DNA of 25,678 nucleotides from Promethearchaeota archaeon (GTDB taxonomy: Archaea; Asgardarchaeota; Lokiarchaeia; Sigyniarchaeales; SOKP01): NCBI GenBank assembly GCA_048939015.1, contig JBHLPW010000065.1:1-25678 (forward strand), read 5' to 3'. The notes beneath the pieces were generated by a model, which worked only from the letters and a program-made list of their open reading frames with translations, was not told the origin of the DNA and made no database searches. Positions 16,797-25,409 of the stretch are shown here, in pieces. The translations under genes and the position numbers were made by a program. How positions within the stretch are numbered: the stretch's first letter is position 1; each line of letters begins with the position of its first letter.

Positions 16797-18095
16797 ATGA
16801 CTAATTTGGTAGATTTTAATCGAATATTTGAAGAAGTCGAAACCATAGATAGAGAAAGCATTATGGAGCTTATGAGAACATTAATTAATATTGACACTAC
16901 AGTACCTCCAGGGAATTCATATAGGAAATATATTGATACTATTTTGCCTTATTTCAAAAATTTAGGATATAATCTTGAAGAAGTTATTATCCCAGAAGAT
17001 TTAATTAAACAAATACCCTATCCTTTAGAAGGTCCGAGAATTAATCTTGTTGCTACAAAAGAGTTCAACCAAGAGAAATATGTAACTTTCTGCGGACATA
17101 TGGATGTTGTTCCGGCTTCAGATGAAGGTAACGAAAAATGGAGATTCCCACCATTTGAAGCTACAATGATTAAGAGTGGAAAAATCTATGGTCGTGGAGT
17201 TGGTGATAATAAAGGACCAATGATCTGCTTAATTCTCGCTCTTCAAATAATTGAAAAATTAAATTTAACTCCGAAATATAATATAAGAGTTCTCAACTGC
17301 ACTGATGAGGAGATAGGATTTTATCCAGGAATACGTTATTTAGCTGAACAAGGATATGTAAAAGGAACAATTTTTTCTATAGATTATGGCATTGAGCCAA
17401 TGATTTTAATCGGAACATCAGGTACTTTAGATATTGAAGTTAGCACAATAGGGCAAAGCTCTCACTCTGGCCTAAGTCTATTAGGCGTGAATGCTTTAGA
17501 GGAAATGGTTCCAATTTTAGTAGAGCTTATTGAATTGAAAAAAAAAGTAGAATTACGTCAAAGTGAAGATATTCCAGGTTTTCCAGATCCTAAAACTAAA
17601 GAAAAACGGAATTTGGGGCCATTATTTAACATAGATGTGATAAAATCAGGTGAAGAAGCAAATATTATTCCTGATCTTTGCAAATTGGTTATCAATAGGC
17701 GAATAATTCCAGATGAATCCATTGAAGATGTAAAAAAAGAAATCTCTGAAGCTATAGAAAGAGGTAAAACAAAAAGTAAAGCTTTAGATGTAAAAACTAC
17801 ATTTAAATATTCTTATCCACCATTAAAGGTTGACATCAACAGCCCGGAAGTCCAGAGAATGAAAAAAGTTATACAATTGGTTCATAAAATTCCTGAAGAA
17901 AAAATACATATTACAGGATTGAATCTTACTTTTGATGTAGGATTTGTTGCCCAAATTTTAAATACTCAAGAAATCATTATTCGGGGAGTCGCTACTGCGG
18001 GATCTAATACTCATGGAGTAAATGAGACAATAAGATTAAAAGATATTAAAAAATTCATAAAAGAAATTATTATGTTTTTATGTGTTGATATTTAA
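16797..18095 (+). CDS. M20 family metallo-hydrolase (ArgE/DapE-like)
   Basis: IDTTVPPG, GHMDVVP, IYGRGVGDNKG, TDEE, SSHS, NIIPD, HGVNE. Confidence 0.9.
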   Translation: MTNLVDFNRIFEEVETIDRESIMELMRTLINIDTTVPPGNSYRKYIDTILPYFKNLGYNLEEVIIPEDLIKQIPYPLEGPRINLVATKEFNQEKYVTFCGHMDVVPASDEGNEKWRFPPFEATMIKSGKIYGRGVGDNKGPMICLILALQIIEKLNLTPKYNIRVLNCTDEEIGFYPGIRYLAEQGYVKGTIFSIDYGIEPMILIGTSGTLDIEVSTIGQSSHSGLSLLGVNALEEMVPILVELIELKKKVELRQSEDIPGFPDPKTKEKRNLGPLFNIDVIKSGEEANIIPDLCKLVINRRIIPDESIEDVKKEISEAIERGKTKSKALDVKTTFKYSYPPLKVDINSPEVQRMKKVIQLVHKIPEEKIHITGLNLTFDVGFVAQILNTQEIIIRGVATAGSNTHGVNETIRLKDIKKFIKEIIMFLCVDI

Positions 18096-18158
18096 TTTAA
18101 TGATAATAATATAAAGAATAAAATAAAAAAAAGAATATATGATTACTTGTTCTTAAAG

Positions 18159-18356
18159 TTAGTTTTCAATTATTTCTATTGCCTCTTCAGGGCATTGAGT
18201 TTCGCAAGCTCTACAACCTACGCAGTCTTCCCTGTTTTCCTCTAAAACTTTCACTTTGCCTCCCTCAGGTTCATCAAAACATTCAGAAGGGCAGACTTCA
18301 TAGCAAGTACCGCATCCAGAGCATGCATCCATATCTATCTTTATGTCAAAAGACAT
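18159..18356 (-). CDS. 2[4Fe-4S] ferredoxin
   Basis: Two CxxCxxCxxxCP motifs (CSGCGTCYEVCP, CVGCRACETQCP); AAAGGAG RBS upstream. Confidence 0.95.
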   Translation of the reverse strand: MSFDIKIDMDACSGCGTCYEVCPSECFDEPEGGKVKVLEENREDCVGCRACETQCPEEAIEIIEN

Positions 18357-18552
18357 TGTTTTTTAACTCCTTTCTGTTCTCATTTCGTAATTTATGATTC
18401 TTGATTATTTAATAATAATCCTAACTTTGATAATAATATAAAAAATATAAATTTCGTTTTTATTTATAAAATTTATCAACAATTTATACTTCTAAAGAGA
18501 AAGTAAATCTTCACATTTAAAAGGTAAAAAAAAATAAAAATTATTTAGGGAC

Positions 18553-18876
18553 TTAGTCCTCAGCTTCTTCTTCAGCAGCTAGTTCCTCTTCCAATTCTTC
18601 AAGTGGAACTGGTGCGGGTGTAGTTAACATACTATATCCAATCCAAATCGCAATAATTGAAATTAAAATTACTAATAGCCACATTGGTAAAACTACCATG
18701 AGTTCCCAACTCAAGATATCCAATCCAAAAAACCAGGTAGATGTAAGATCAATTCCTCCAGGTATGTGCATAATGGATTCCATATAGAGATCTACAACAG
18801 AACCTAATGTATATATGATGGCGATTAATATTCCTACAATCATTACAATTGCGCCAATAATCTTATCTTTAGCCAA
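18553..18876 (-). CDS. Small two-TM membrane protein, DPM2-like
   Basis: Two hydrophobic helices, DKIIG...IYT and LP...WIGYSMLTTPAP, acidic tail; TTG start with GAGGT RBS. The ORF is well supported; the DPM2 assignment is tentative. Confidence 0.55.
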   Translation of the reverse strand: MAKDKIIGAIVMIVGILIAIIYTLGSVVDLYMESIMHIPGGIDLTSTWFFGLDILSWELMVVLPMWLLVILISIIAIWIGYSMLTTPAPVPLEELEEELAAEEEAED

Positions 18877-18990
18877 AGTTATAACCTCTTAGAATATACC
18901 ATTTTGTTTTGATAGTATTATTTCTATTTTTTGTTAAGCACGTAATTTATGCTTAATATGATTTTTTAAAAAATTATTGAATTAAAACCA

Positions 18991-19014
18991 TTCGATCAAG
19001 ACTGTTTGATCGAA
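18991..19014. promoter_or_regulatory. Perfect 9-bp inverted repeat (TTCGATCAA-N6-TTGATCGAA), candidate operator
   Basis: Seen directly in the divergent intergenic region, about 80 nt upstream of the ribokinase start. Confidence 0.45.
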
Positions 19015-19096
19015 AATCAAATATTATGAGGATTCATGAATAGAAAATAGTAATCTATAATTATCATGAAAGTTATATTTATTAGGTGTCGATTTT

Positions 19097-20065
19097 ATGA
19101 GTAATGAAGCAGAATATGTACTTATCATCGGTTCAAGTAATATGGACTTAAATATATATTCTAAAAGATTTCCAAATCCCGGAGAAACAGTCACAGGAGG
19201 AGTGTTTAAGCAATATCTAGGGGGAAAAGGCGCAAATCAAGCAGTTGCCTCAGTTAGATCAGGATCTAAAACAGTTTTCATAGGGAAGATCGGAACTGAT
19301 TCATTTGGAGATCAAATGATTTCTCAATTGAGAGACGAAGGTATAAACATTGATTATGTTATCAGGGATCCTCAAGAACTTAGTGGAGTGGCTTTTATAC
19401 TGATTGATGAAAATGGTGAAAATATGATAAGTGTTGCACCGGGGGCTAATTTCAGGTTAAATACAAACGAGATACGTTCTAATGCAGATATTATTAAAAA
19501 TGCAAATTCTATTGTCGTTCAGATGGAAATCCCGATAGAAACAATTCAAGAAATATTTACTTTAGCCTTAAAAGGAAGGAATTTTAAAATTCTAAATCCA
19601 GCACCATTAAAACCTTTCCCACCTGATCTTTTAAAGATGGTTGATGTCATTATTCCTAATGAAGTCGAGATTTTTAAATTGCATTCCTTTTTAGGTTTTT
19701 CAGAGTCACCAGAAAAAGGAAACCAAAAGATTATTCAAGCCTCAAGAGATATCTCTAGTTTAGGTGTACACTACATAATAACAACATTAGGTAAGAAGGG
19801 TTGTTTAATTTTTAATGGAAAAACTGATGAATATTTTCAAATCCCTGCTCCAAAGGTAAAAGCTATTGATACTGTTGGTGCAGGAGATTGCTTTATCGGA
19901 GTTTTTGCAAGCATGTTAAATAAAGGTGAGAACATGTTAGATGCAGTAAAAATAGCAACGCTAGCAGCATCAATTGCAGTCACTAAAAAAGGAGCTCAAG
20001 CATCAATGCCATATTTTGACGAAATTCAAAAGAAATTAAAACCTTTGAATTTTTTTGATAAATGA
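19097..20065 (+). CDS. rbsK: Ribokinase (PfkB family)
   Basis: GSSNMDL, PNPGETV, GGKGANQAVA, GENMISVAPGAN, LNPAP, PNEVE, DTVGAGDCF. Confidence 0.93.
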   Translation: MSNEAEYVLIIGSSNMDLNIYSKRFPNPGETVTGGVFKQYLGGKGANQAVASVRSGSKTVFIGKIGTDSFGDQMISQLRDEGINIDYVIRDPQELSGVAFILIDENGENMISVAPGANFRLNTNEIRSNADIIKNANSIVVQMEIPIETIQEIFTLALKGRNFKILNPAPLKPFPPDLLKMVDVIIPNEVEIFKLHSFLGFSESPEKGNQKIIQASRDISSLGVHYIITTLGKKGCLIFNGKTDEYFQIPAPKVKAIDTVGAGDCFIGVFASMLNKGENMLDAVKIATLAASIAVTKKGAQASMPYFDEIQKKLKPLNFFDK

Positions 20066-20079
20066 GATGATTATATAAT

Positions 20080-20754
20080 ATGAAAAAAGAACGTATTCTG
20101 GCTCAAAGAAGTACATCCTTAAGGAAAAACAATTCTCGAGAATTAAGTATAATAATAGATAATAGTTATTTTCGAGATTTATTCTTGATTAACGGATCTT
20201 TTTTTATTACTGAGGGAATTTCAAGAACGGATTTTATATTCAATCCAGATACTTGTTATATGGTAATAAATGTTGGAAAAAAACCAATCGAAATTCATTA
20301 TAGTGAGGATATATCAAACCATAAAATAATTTATGATCCCTATAAATATGAATCTTCACAAAAGATAAATTTGACACCAGAATTATTCCAAAAAAGGTAC
20401 AATCTCCCCGAAGGATATATAGATACCCTTCCAAAGTGGTATAGTTTTAAATTTACTTATCCAAATTACAATTTAATTTTCGTTCGACCTGAATTTGGAC
20501 TTTCAATTCAAAAACATAAATACAGAAATGAGATATGGGAAGTGTTAGAAGGTAAACCTATTATTATTTCTGGAAATAAAGTGCATTATTTTGTTGAAAA
20601 AGGAATGCGATTTCATAATCCCATAAATAGTTATCATACTGTTATAAATCCCAATAAAGAAATTAATACGTTTGTACTGCTTAAAGAAAGTTGGAATGGT
20701 AATTTTGATGAATATGATATAACGCGTGATTTTAACCCAAATCATTATGGGTGA
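20080..20754 (+). CDS. Cupin-domain protein, C-terminal half resembling the type II mannose-6-phosphate isomerase cupin
   Basis: LSIQKHKYRNEIWEVLEG (compare LSLQxHxxRxEHW), HTVINP, E...G...DEYDITR. Confidence 0.65.
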   Translation: MKKERILAQRSTSLRKNNSRELSIIIDNSYFRDLFLINGSFFITEGISRTDFIFNPDTCYMVINVGKKPIEIHYSEDISNHKIIYDPYKYESSQKINLTPELFQKRYNLPEGYIDTLPKWYSFKFTYPNYNLIFVRPEFGLSIQKHKYRNEIWEVLEGKPIIISGNKVHYFVEKGMRFHNPINSYHTVINPNKEINTFVLLKESWNGNFDEYDITRDFNPNHYG

Positions 20755-20997
20755 CTAATTTCTTTATAGTAAAGGAATGAACCCCAATTATGCGATAAAA
20801 TTTATAGATTTAACCAATTGATGAGATTTCTCCAAAACTGCATTTAAGACTTATAAGTTTTATGCTTTTTGCTAGATTTATCCCTCTTTTTAATAAAATT
20901 AAAATTAGATAGATTACTAAAAAGCTTACCGTAATAAATAGAATAGAAAAAAAAAATTCCGTAATATATTAAATGGAACAAGCAGATTGATTTAAAA

Positions 20998-21549
20998 ATG
21001 GCTCCGAATGAAGAAGAGAATGAAGAAGAAGAAAAAGAATTAAAAGAAGAAGAAACCTCTCAAGAAATAGGTAAAGAAATTGAAGAAGAAGAAATAGAAT
21101 TAGAACCAGAAACAGAAGGAGAGCTAGATACTGAAGCAGAGTTAGATAGATTACGTTTTAAATACAGAGGATTTACTTTAGATGAGCTGAAAAAAATGAA
21201 CATGGATCAATTTATACAATTATTACCAGCTAGAGCAAGGCGTTCACTTAAACGAGGGTTACCGCCAAGACAGAAGAAATTGCTTGAAAGGCTAAGAAGA
21301 GCATATAGAGCAAAGAAAAGAGGGAAAGATTTGCTTACACGAACTCATGTTAGAGACATGATAATATTTCCTGAAATGGTTGGGTTAAAAATTGGAGTGT
21401 ATAATGGACGGATTTTTGAAATGGTAGAAATAAAACCTGAAATGATCGGTCATTACCTAGGAGAATTTTCTTTAACACGTAAAAGAGTTCAGCATGGTTC
21501 ACCTGGAATTGGAGCCACAAGAAGTTCCAAATATGTTCCATTGAAATAA
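20998..21549 (+). CDS. rps19: 30S ribosomal protein uS19 with acidic N-terminal extension
   Basis: [49 protein letters not shown]. Confidence 0.97.
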   Translation: MAPNEEENEEEEKELKEEETSQEIGKEIEEEEIELEPETEGELDTEAELDRLRFKYRGFTLDELKKMNMDQFIQLLPARARRSLKRGLPPRQKKLLERLRRAYRAKKRGKDLLTRTHVRDMIIFPEMVGLKIGVYNGRIFEMVEIKPEMIGHYLGEFSLTRKRVQHGSPGIGATRSSKYVPLK

Positions 21550-21575
21550 AAATAATTAAATTGAGTTGATAATAA

Positions 21576-22055
21576 GTGCCTACTTGGGGTTATTCTTTTG
21601 TAGAACAAAAATATGATGCTGATAGATTAGCAAAAGCATCAGGTCGAGATATAAGAATCAAACCAAAACATGCAAGAGAAATATGTGCAGTAATAAAAGG
21701 AATGAAAGTAGATCAAGCTAAAACTTTTTTAGAAAAAGTAATCAGAATTGAACAATCAGTACCTTTTAGAAGGCATAAAAAAAAAGTTGCTCATAGAAAT
21801 GATTTAAAGCAATTTAAATGGTATGCTGGAAGATATCCGCAAAAAGCAGCAGCAAGAATTTATGAAATTCTCACATCTGTTGAATCTAATGCAGAATATA
21901 AAGGTTTAGATATTGATCTCTGTAGAATAATTCATGCCGCTACACATAGAGGAAGAATTATAAAAAGATTTACTCCTCGCGCTCATGGACGAAGTAGTGC
22001 AAAATATAAACAACTTTCACATGTTGAAATTGTAATTTATGAATTCCCAAGTTAG
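21576..22055 (+). CDS. rpl22: 50S ribosomal protein uL22
   Basis: KHAREIC, VPFRRH, GRYPQKAA, NAEYKGLD, PRAHGR; GTG start. Confidence 0.97.
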   Translation: MPTWGYSFVEQKYDADRLAKASGRDIRIKPKHAREICAVIKGMKVDQAKTFLEKVIRIEQSVPFRRHKKKVAHRNDLKQFKWYAGRYPQKAAARIYEILTSVESNAEYKGLDIDLCRIIHAATHRGRIIKRFTPRAHGRSSAKYKQLSHVEIVIYEFPS

Positions 22056-22084
22056 ACAAATTAATATTAAAAAATTGAGAGAAG

Positions 22085-22870
22085 ATGAGTCCTCTAGTCA
22101 AGAATTTTATCGAACAAGGAATTAAACTGATGCAAATAAACGAATATTTGCGATCAGAGTTAGTCCGTGCAGGATTTGCAGGTGTGGAACTACAAAGAAC
22201 TCCTTTGGGCGTGAGAATCACTTTAAAAACTTCCCGTCCAGGATTAGTAATTGGAAAGGGAGGAAAAAGAATTCAAGAAATTACAGACGTTCTTCAAGAT
22301 CGATTCGGATTGGAAATGCCTCAGATCGAAGTTGAAGAAGTCCAAGAACCGGATTTAGATGCCCAAATAATGGCAGAAAGATTAGCTTATTCATTAGACC
22401 GAGGACGCCATTATCGTAGAGCTGGGTATTACATACTAAGAAAAGTGATGGATGCTGGAGCTCGTGGAGTAGAAATAATTGTTTCGGGTAAAGTAACTTC
22501 ACAACGTGCTCGTACACAAATCTTCCGAGCAGGAACTATGTCCAAATCAGGTCAACCAGCAGCAGCCGTTGATAAAGGGGTTGCTCAATGCATACAAAAA
22601 TCAGGTGTATTAGGTGTTATCGTTAAGATAATGCGTGCTAATACAAAAATGGGAGATGATATCAGAATTAAAGATGATCTTTTAACTAAAGCTCAAGCTC
22701 AAGCTGAAGTAAAAATAGCAAAAACACGAGCAGATTATGTGATCGAAGAAGAACAAGGTGTTTTAAGTGAGGAAGATGAGAAATTGCTTGATAAAGTGGA
22801 TGAGGAAGAAATTTCTGAAATTTCATTAACTGAAAAAACTGAAGAAGATCAAGAAGAATTAGAAGAATAA
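22085..22870 (+). CDS. rps3: 30S ribosomal protein uS3
   Basis: KH domain RPGLVIGKGG, GARGVEIIVSGK, RAR, GVLGVIVKI; acidic C-terminal tail. Confidence 0.97.
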   Translation: MSPLVKNFIEQGIKLMQINEYLRSELVRAGFAGVELQRTPLGVRITLKTSRPGLVIGKGGKRIQEITDVLQDRFGLEMPQIEVEEVQEPDLDAQIMAERLAYSLDRGRHYRRAGYYILRKVMDAGARGVEIIVSGKVTSQRARTQIFRAGTMSKSGQPAAAVDKGVAQCIQKSGVLGVIVKIMRANTKMGDDIRIKDDLLTKAQAQAEVKIAKTRADYVIEEEQGVLSEEDEKLLDKVDEEEISEISLTEKTEEDQEELEE

Positions 22871-22896
22871 TAGTTAAAACAAAGTAGTGATATTAT

Positions 22897-23094
22897 ATGG
22901 ATATTCTAACAGCTAAAAAAATAAGGGAAATGGATGAGAGAGAAAGAGAGAGGAATCTACTTAATTTAAGAGAAGAATTAATGATGTTATACTCAATGCA
23001 AACTGGTGGAGGACTTTCTGATAATCCCGCTAAAGCAAAATTATTAAAAAAGCAAATAGCAAGAATACTTACAGTAATGAGAGAAGAGCAATAA
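22897..23094 (+). CDS. rpl29: 50S ribosomal protein uL29
   Basis: IREM...LREEL...NP...KKQIARILTV; conserved position after rps3. Confidence 0.93.
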   Translation: MDILTAKKIREMDERERERNLLNLREELMMLYSMQTGGGLSDNPAKAKLLKKQIARILTVMREEQ

Positions 23095-23408
23095 TGATTG
23101 ATCCACAATATGTAATATATCATGACCTAATTGGTTTTAATGCATTCGCTAAAGCTAAATCCAAATCTAAAAATAAAAAGTTCCTAAATATTGGTAATGT
23201 GGTTGATGAAACAAGAAATATGTTAATTACAGAAAAAGGTAATTTAATTAAAAAATATTCTAAAAAGGAATTTATATTTAGGTTAAAGCTGCCAAATTGC
23301 GAAAATGGTAAGGATAATTATTTTATAGAATTTTCAGGTAAAAAAATTGTTGGACTTCCTTTGAATAGATTTAGAAGTTTAAAAAAGAAGAGAAGGTTAA
23401 GAAAATGA
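23094..23408 (+). CDS. rnp1: Ribonuclease P protein component 1 (Rpp29/POP4)
   Basis: HDLIG, GNVVDETRNML, K..FIF motifs; canonical position between rpl29 and rps17. Confidence 0.88.
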   Translation: MIDPQYVIYHDLIGFNAFAKAKSKSKNKKFLNIGNVVDETRNMLITEKGNLIKKYSKKEFIFRLKLPNCENGKDNYFIEFSGKKIVGLPLNRFRSLKKKRRLRK

Positions 23409-23758
23409 GTAGAAATATTGGTATACCTGATGTGAATCCTCCCAAAGCCAAAATGGAGGAATGCAATGACCAATCCTGTCCCTATCATGGTAATACAAGA
23501 ATTAGAGGTAAAATAACCAAAGGAGTTATAGTAAGTAAAAAATCAAGAAATACTGTCATTATAAGACGTGATTATGTTCAATTTGTTAAAAAGTATCAAA
23601 GATATGAGCGTCGTAATATGCGTTTAGCATGTCATTTACCAAATTGCTTGAGTCATGACATAAAAATTGGAGATTTAGTAAGAGTAGGTGAATCACGAAA
23701 GATCTCCAAAACTAAAGCTTTTATAGTGTTAGAAAAAATATCTGGCGGTGCAGAATAG
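23405..23758 (+). CDS. rps17: 30S ribosomal protein uS17
   Basis: RNIGI, CPYHG, KYQRYERR, HLPNC, GESRKISKTK. Confidence 0.96.
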   Translation: MSRNIGIPDVNPPKAKMEECNDQSCPYHGNTRIRGKITKGVIVSKKSRNTVIIRRDYVQFVKKYQRYERRNMRLACHLPNCLSHDIKIGDLVRVGESRKISKTKAFIVLEKISGGAE

Positions 23759-24184
23759 ATGGGAACTAGAAGAAAATTAGGCAGAAAAACATATGCTAAA
23801 CCTCGAACCAGCTACGGTTTATGTAACGGATCAAGGATCATTATTGCAGATAATTCAGGAGCAAAAATAGCCCAGATTATTAATGTTGACGGTTTCAAGA
23901 CAAGATTAAGGAGATTACCTAAAGCATCTGTTGGTAGTGTATGTACAGTTACAATTAAAAAAGGAAAACCGGAATTGCGAGGAAATATAGTAAAAGCAGT
24001 AATAGTCAGGCAGAAAATGATTTATAGAAGATTAGATGGCACAAGACTTTGCTTTGAAGATAATGCTGGAGTCATAGTTACAAAAGAAGGAGACCCTAAA
24101 GCAACTGAAATAAGGGGACCAATTGCTCGAGAAGCTGCGGAAATGTTTCCTAGATTAGCATCAATTTCTTCATTAATAATATAA
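23759..24184 (+). CDS. rpl14: 50S ribosomal protein uL14
   Basis: ADNSGAK, RLPKA, KKGKPELR, AVIVRQ, FEDNAGVI, GPIAREAA. Confidence 0.97.
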   Translation: MGTRRKLGRKTYAKPRTSYGLCNGSRIIIADNSGAKIAQIINVDGFKTRLRRLPKASVGSVCTVTIKKGKPELRGNIVKAVIVRQKMIYRRLDGTRLCFEDNAGVIVTKEGDPKATEIRGPIAREAAEMFPRLASISSLII

Positions 24185-24198
24185 AATGGGGGTTAAAT

Positions 24199-24627
24199 AT
24201 GAAAGTAAAATCAAAACAACCAAGAAAACAGAGAAAAGCACTCTATACTTATAAAAACCATCATCGTTCTAAGTTACTTAGTACAAGGGTTGCAGATTTT
24301 CTTCGAGATGAATATGGGATAAAAAGACTTCCACTTAGAGTTGGTGATCAAGTAAGAGTATGTAGAGGTGAATTTAAAGATTTTGAAGGTGAAGTTTTAG
24401 AAATTACAAAAAATCAAAGATGCCAGATAAAAGAATGCACTTTTGAAAAGACTGATGGAACACAATTTCATCCTACAATTCACATCGCAAACTTAGTAAT
24501 TACAAAATTTGCAAAAGAAAAGAAAATGGACCCATGGCGTGCTAATATGATTGAACGTAAAGCCTTATATGGCTTTTATGAAGAAGAATTGAAAGGCCCA
24601 AAAAAGGAAAAGGAGGTAGCAAAATAA
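24199..24627 (+). CDS. rpl24: 50S ribosomal protein uL24
   Basis: SKQPRKQRK, LPLRVGDQVRVCRG KOW motif, IHIANLVITK. Confidence 0.95.
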   Translation: MKVKSKQPRKQRKALYTYKNHHRSKLLSTRVADFLRDEYGIKRLPLRVGDQVRVCRGEFKDFEGEVLEITKNQRCQIKECTFEKTDGTQFHPTIHIANLVITKFAKEKKMDPWRANMIERKALYGFYEEELKGPKKEKEVAK

Positions 24628-24630
24628 AAA

Positions 24631-25383
24631 ATGACTCGTCATGGTAATCAAAAACGATTGAAAAGGCTTAATACGCCTTCTTTCTTACAAATTAAGAGAA
24701 AACATGGAACCTTTTTTGTTAAACCTGCTCCCGGACCCCACCCTAGTAGATTTTGTTTATCACTTCTTCATATAGTAAGAGATTTACTCAATATAGTTGA
24801 TTCTCATAGAGAAGCTAAAAAGTTAATTGGTTTAGGGTATTTTAAAGTTGATGGAAAAGTAGTGAGGAACAAATCATTTCCTGTAGGATTAATGGATGTC
24901 TTATCAATCGAGAAAATGAATAAGCACTTCAGAATATTACCAGATTCTCATCATGGTTTAATTTTGCATGAAATTCCCGAAGAAGAAAGCTCATTCAAGC
25001 TATGCCGAATAAATAATAAAACCACTGTTAAGGGAGGTCATATTCAGTTAAATCTACATGATGGAAGAAATATTTTAATAAAAGTTAAAGATCCTAGGAA
25101 TCCTAAAGAAGATATTTATAGGAGGATGGATGTTCTTAAAATCTCCATCCCTGAACAAGAAGTCAATAAAATATTAAAATTTAAAGAAGATAATATCGCA
25201 ATCATTATGTCTGGAAAAAATATCGGACAAATAGGGAAGATTGTAAATGTATTAAAGCGGTTTGGTCCCAAAGCAAGTACAGTTTCTATTCAGCATAATG
25301 AAAGTCATACAGAGACTTTGTATGACTACACATTTGTTATTGGAGAAGATAAATCAGAAATTGGATTACCTAATACAGAATAA
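24631..25383 (+). CDS. rps4e: 30S ribosomal protein eS4 (S4e)
   Basis: LKRL, PGPH, VDGKV, FPVGLMDV, KLCRI, QLNLHDGRNI, GKNIGQIG. Confidence 0.97.
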   Translation: MTRHGNQKRLKRLNTPSFLQIKRKHGTFFVKPAPGPHPSRFCLSLLHIVRDLLNIVDSHREAKKLIGLGYFKVDGKVVRNKSFPVGLMDVLSIEKMNKHFRILPDSHHGLILHEIPEEESSFKLCRINNKTTVKGGHIQLNLHDGRNILIKVKDPRNPKEDIYRRMDVLKISIPEQEVNKILKFKEDNIAIIMSGKNIGQIGKIVNVLKRFGPKASTVSIQHNESHTETLYDYTFVIGEDKSEIGLPNTE

Positions 25384-25409
25384 CAATAAAAAATCCGACG
25401 TGAAAAAAA

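Noticed and set aside
18403-18420. Inverted repeat GATTATT-N4-AATAATC upstream of the ferredoxin gene
   Set aside because: Almost entirely A/T in a very AT-rich spacer, so expected by chance.
20755-20997. tRNA, C/D-box sRNA or small ORF (MNPNYAIKFIDLTN) in the spacer before rps19
   Set aside because: No cloverleaf and no convincing paired C and D boxes; the 14-codon ORF has no support beyond a weak AAGGA.
21005-21140. GAA-rich repeats as a tandem repeat or CRISPR array
   Set aside because: They are Glu codons of the uS19 extension; there is no repeat-spacer periodicity.
6961-23123. Other short ORFs in the track (6961, 9548, 11293, 16246, 18179, 20240, 20545, 21350, 21970, 22281, 22893)
   Set aside because: All overlap confidently assigned genes on the opposite strand and lack domain signatures.
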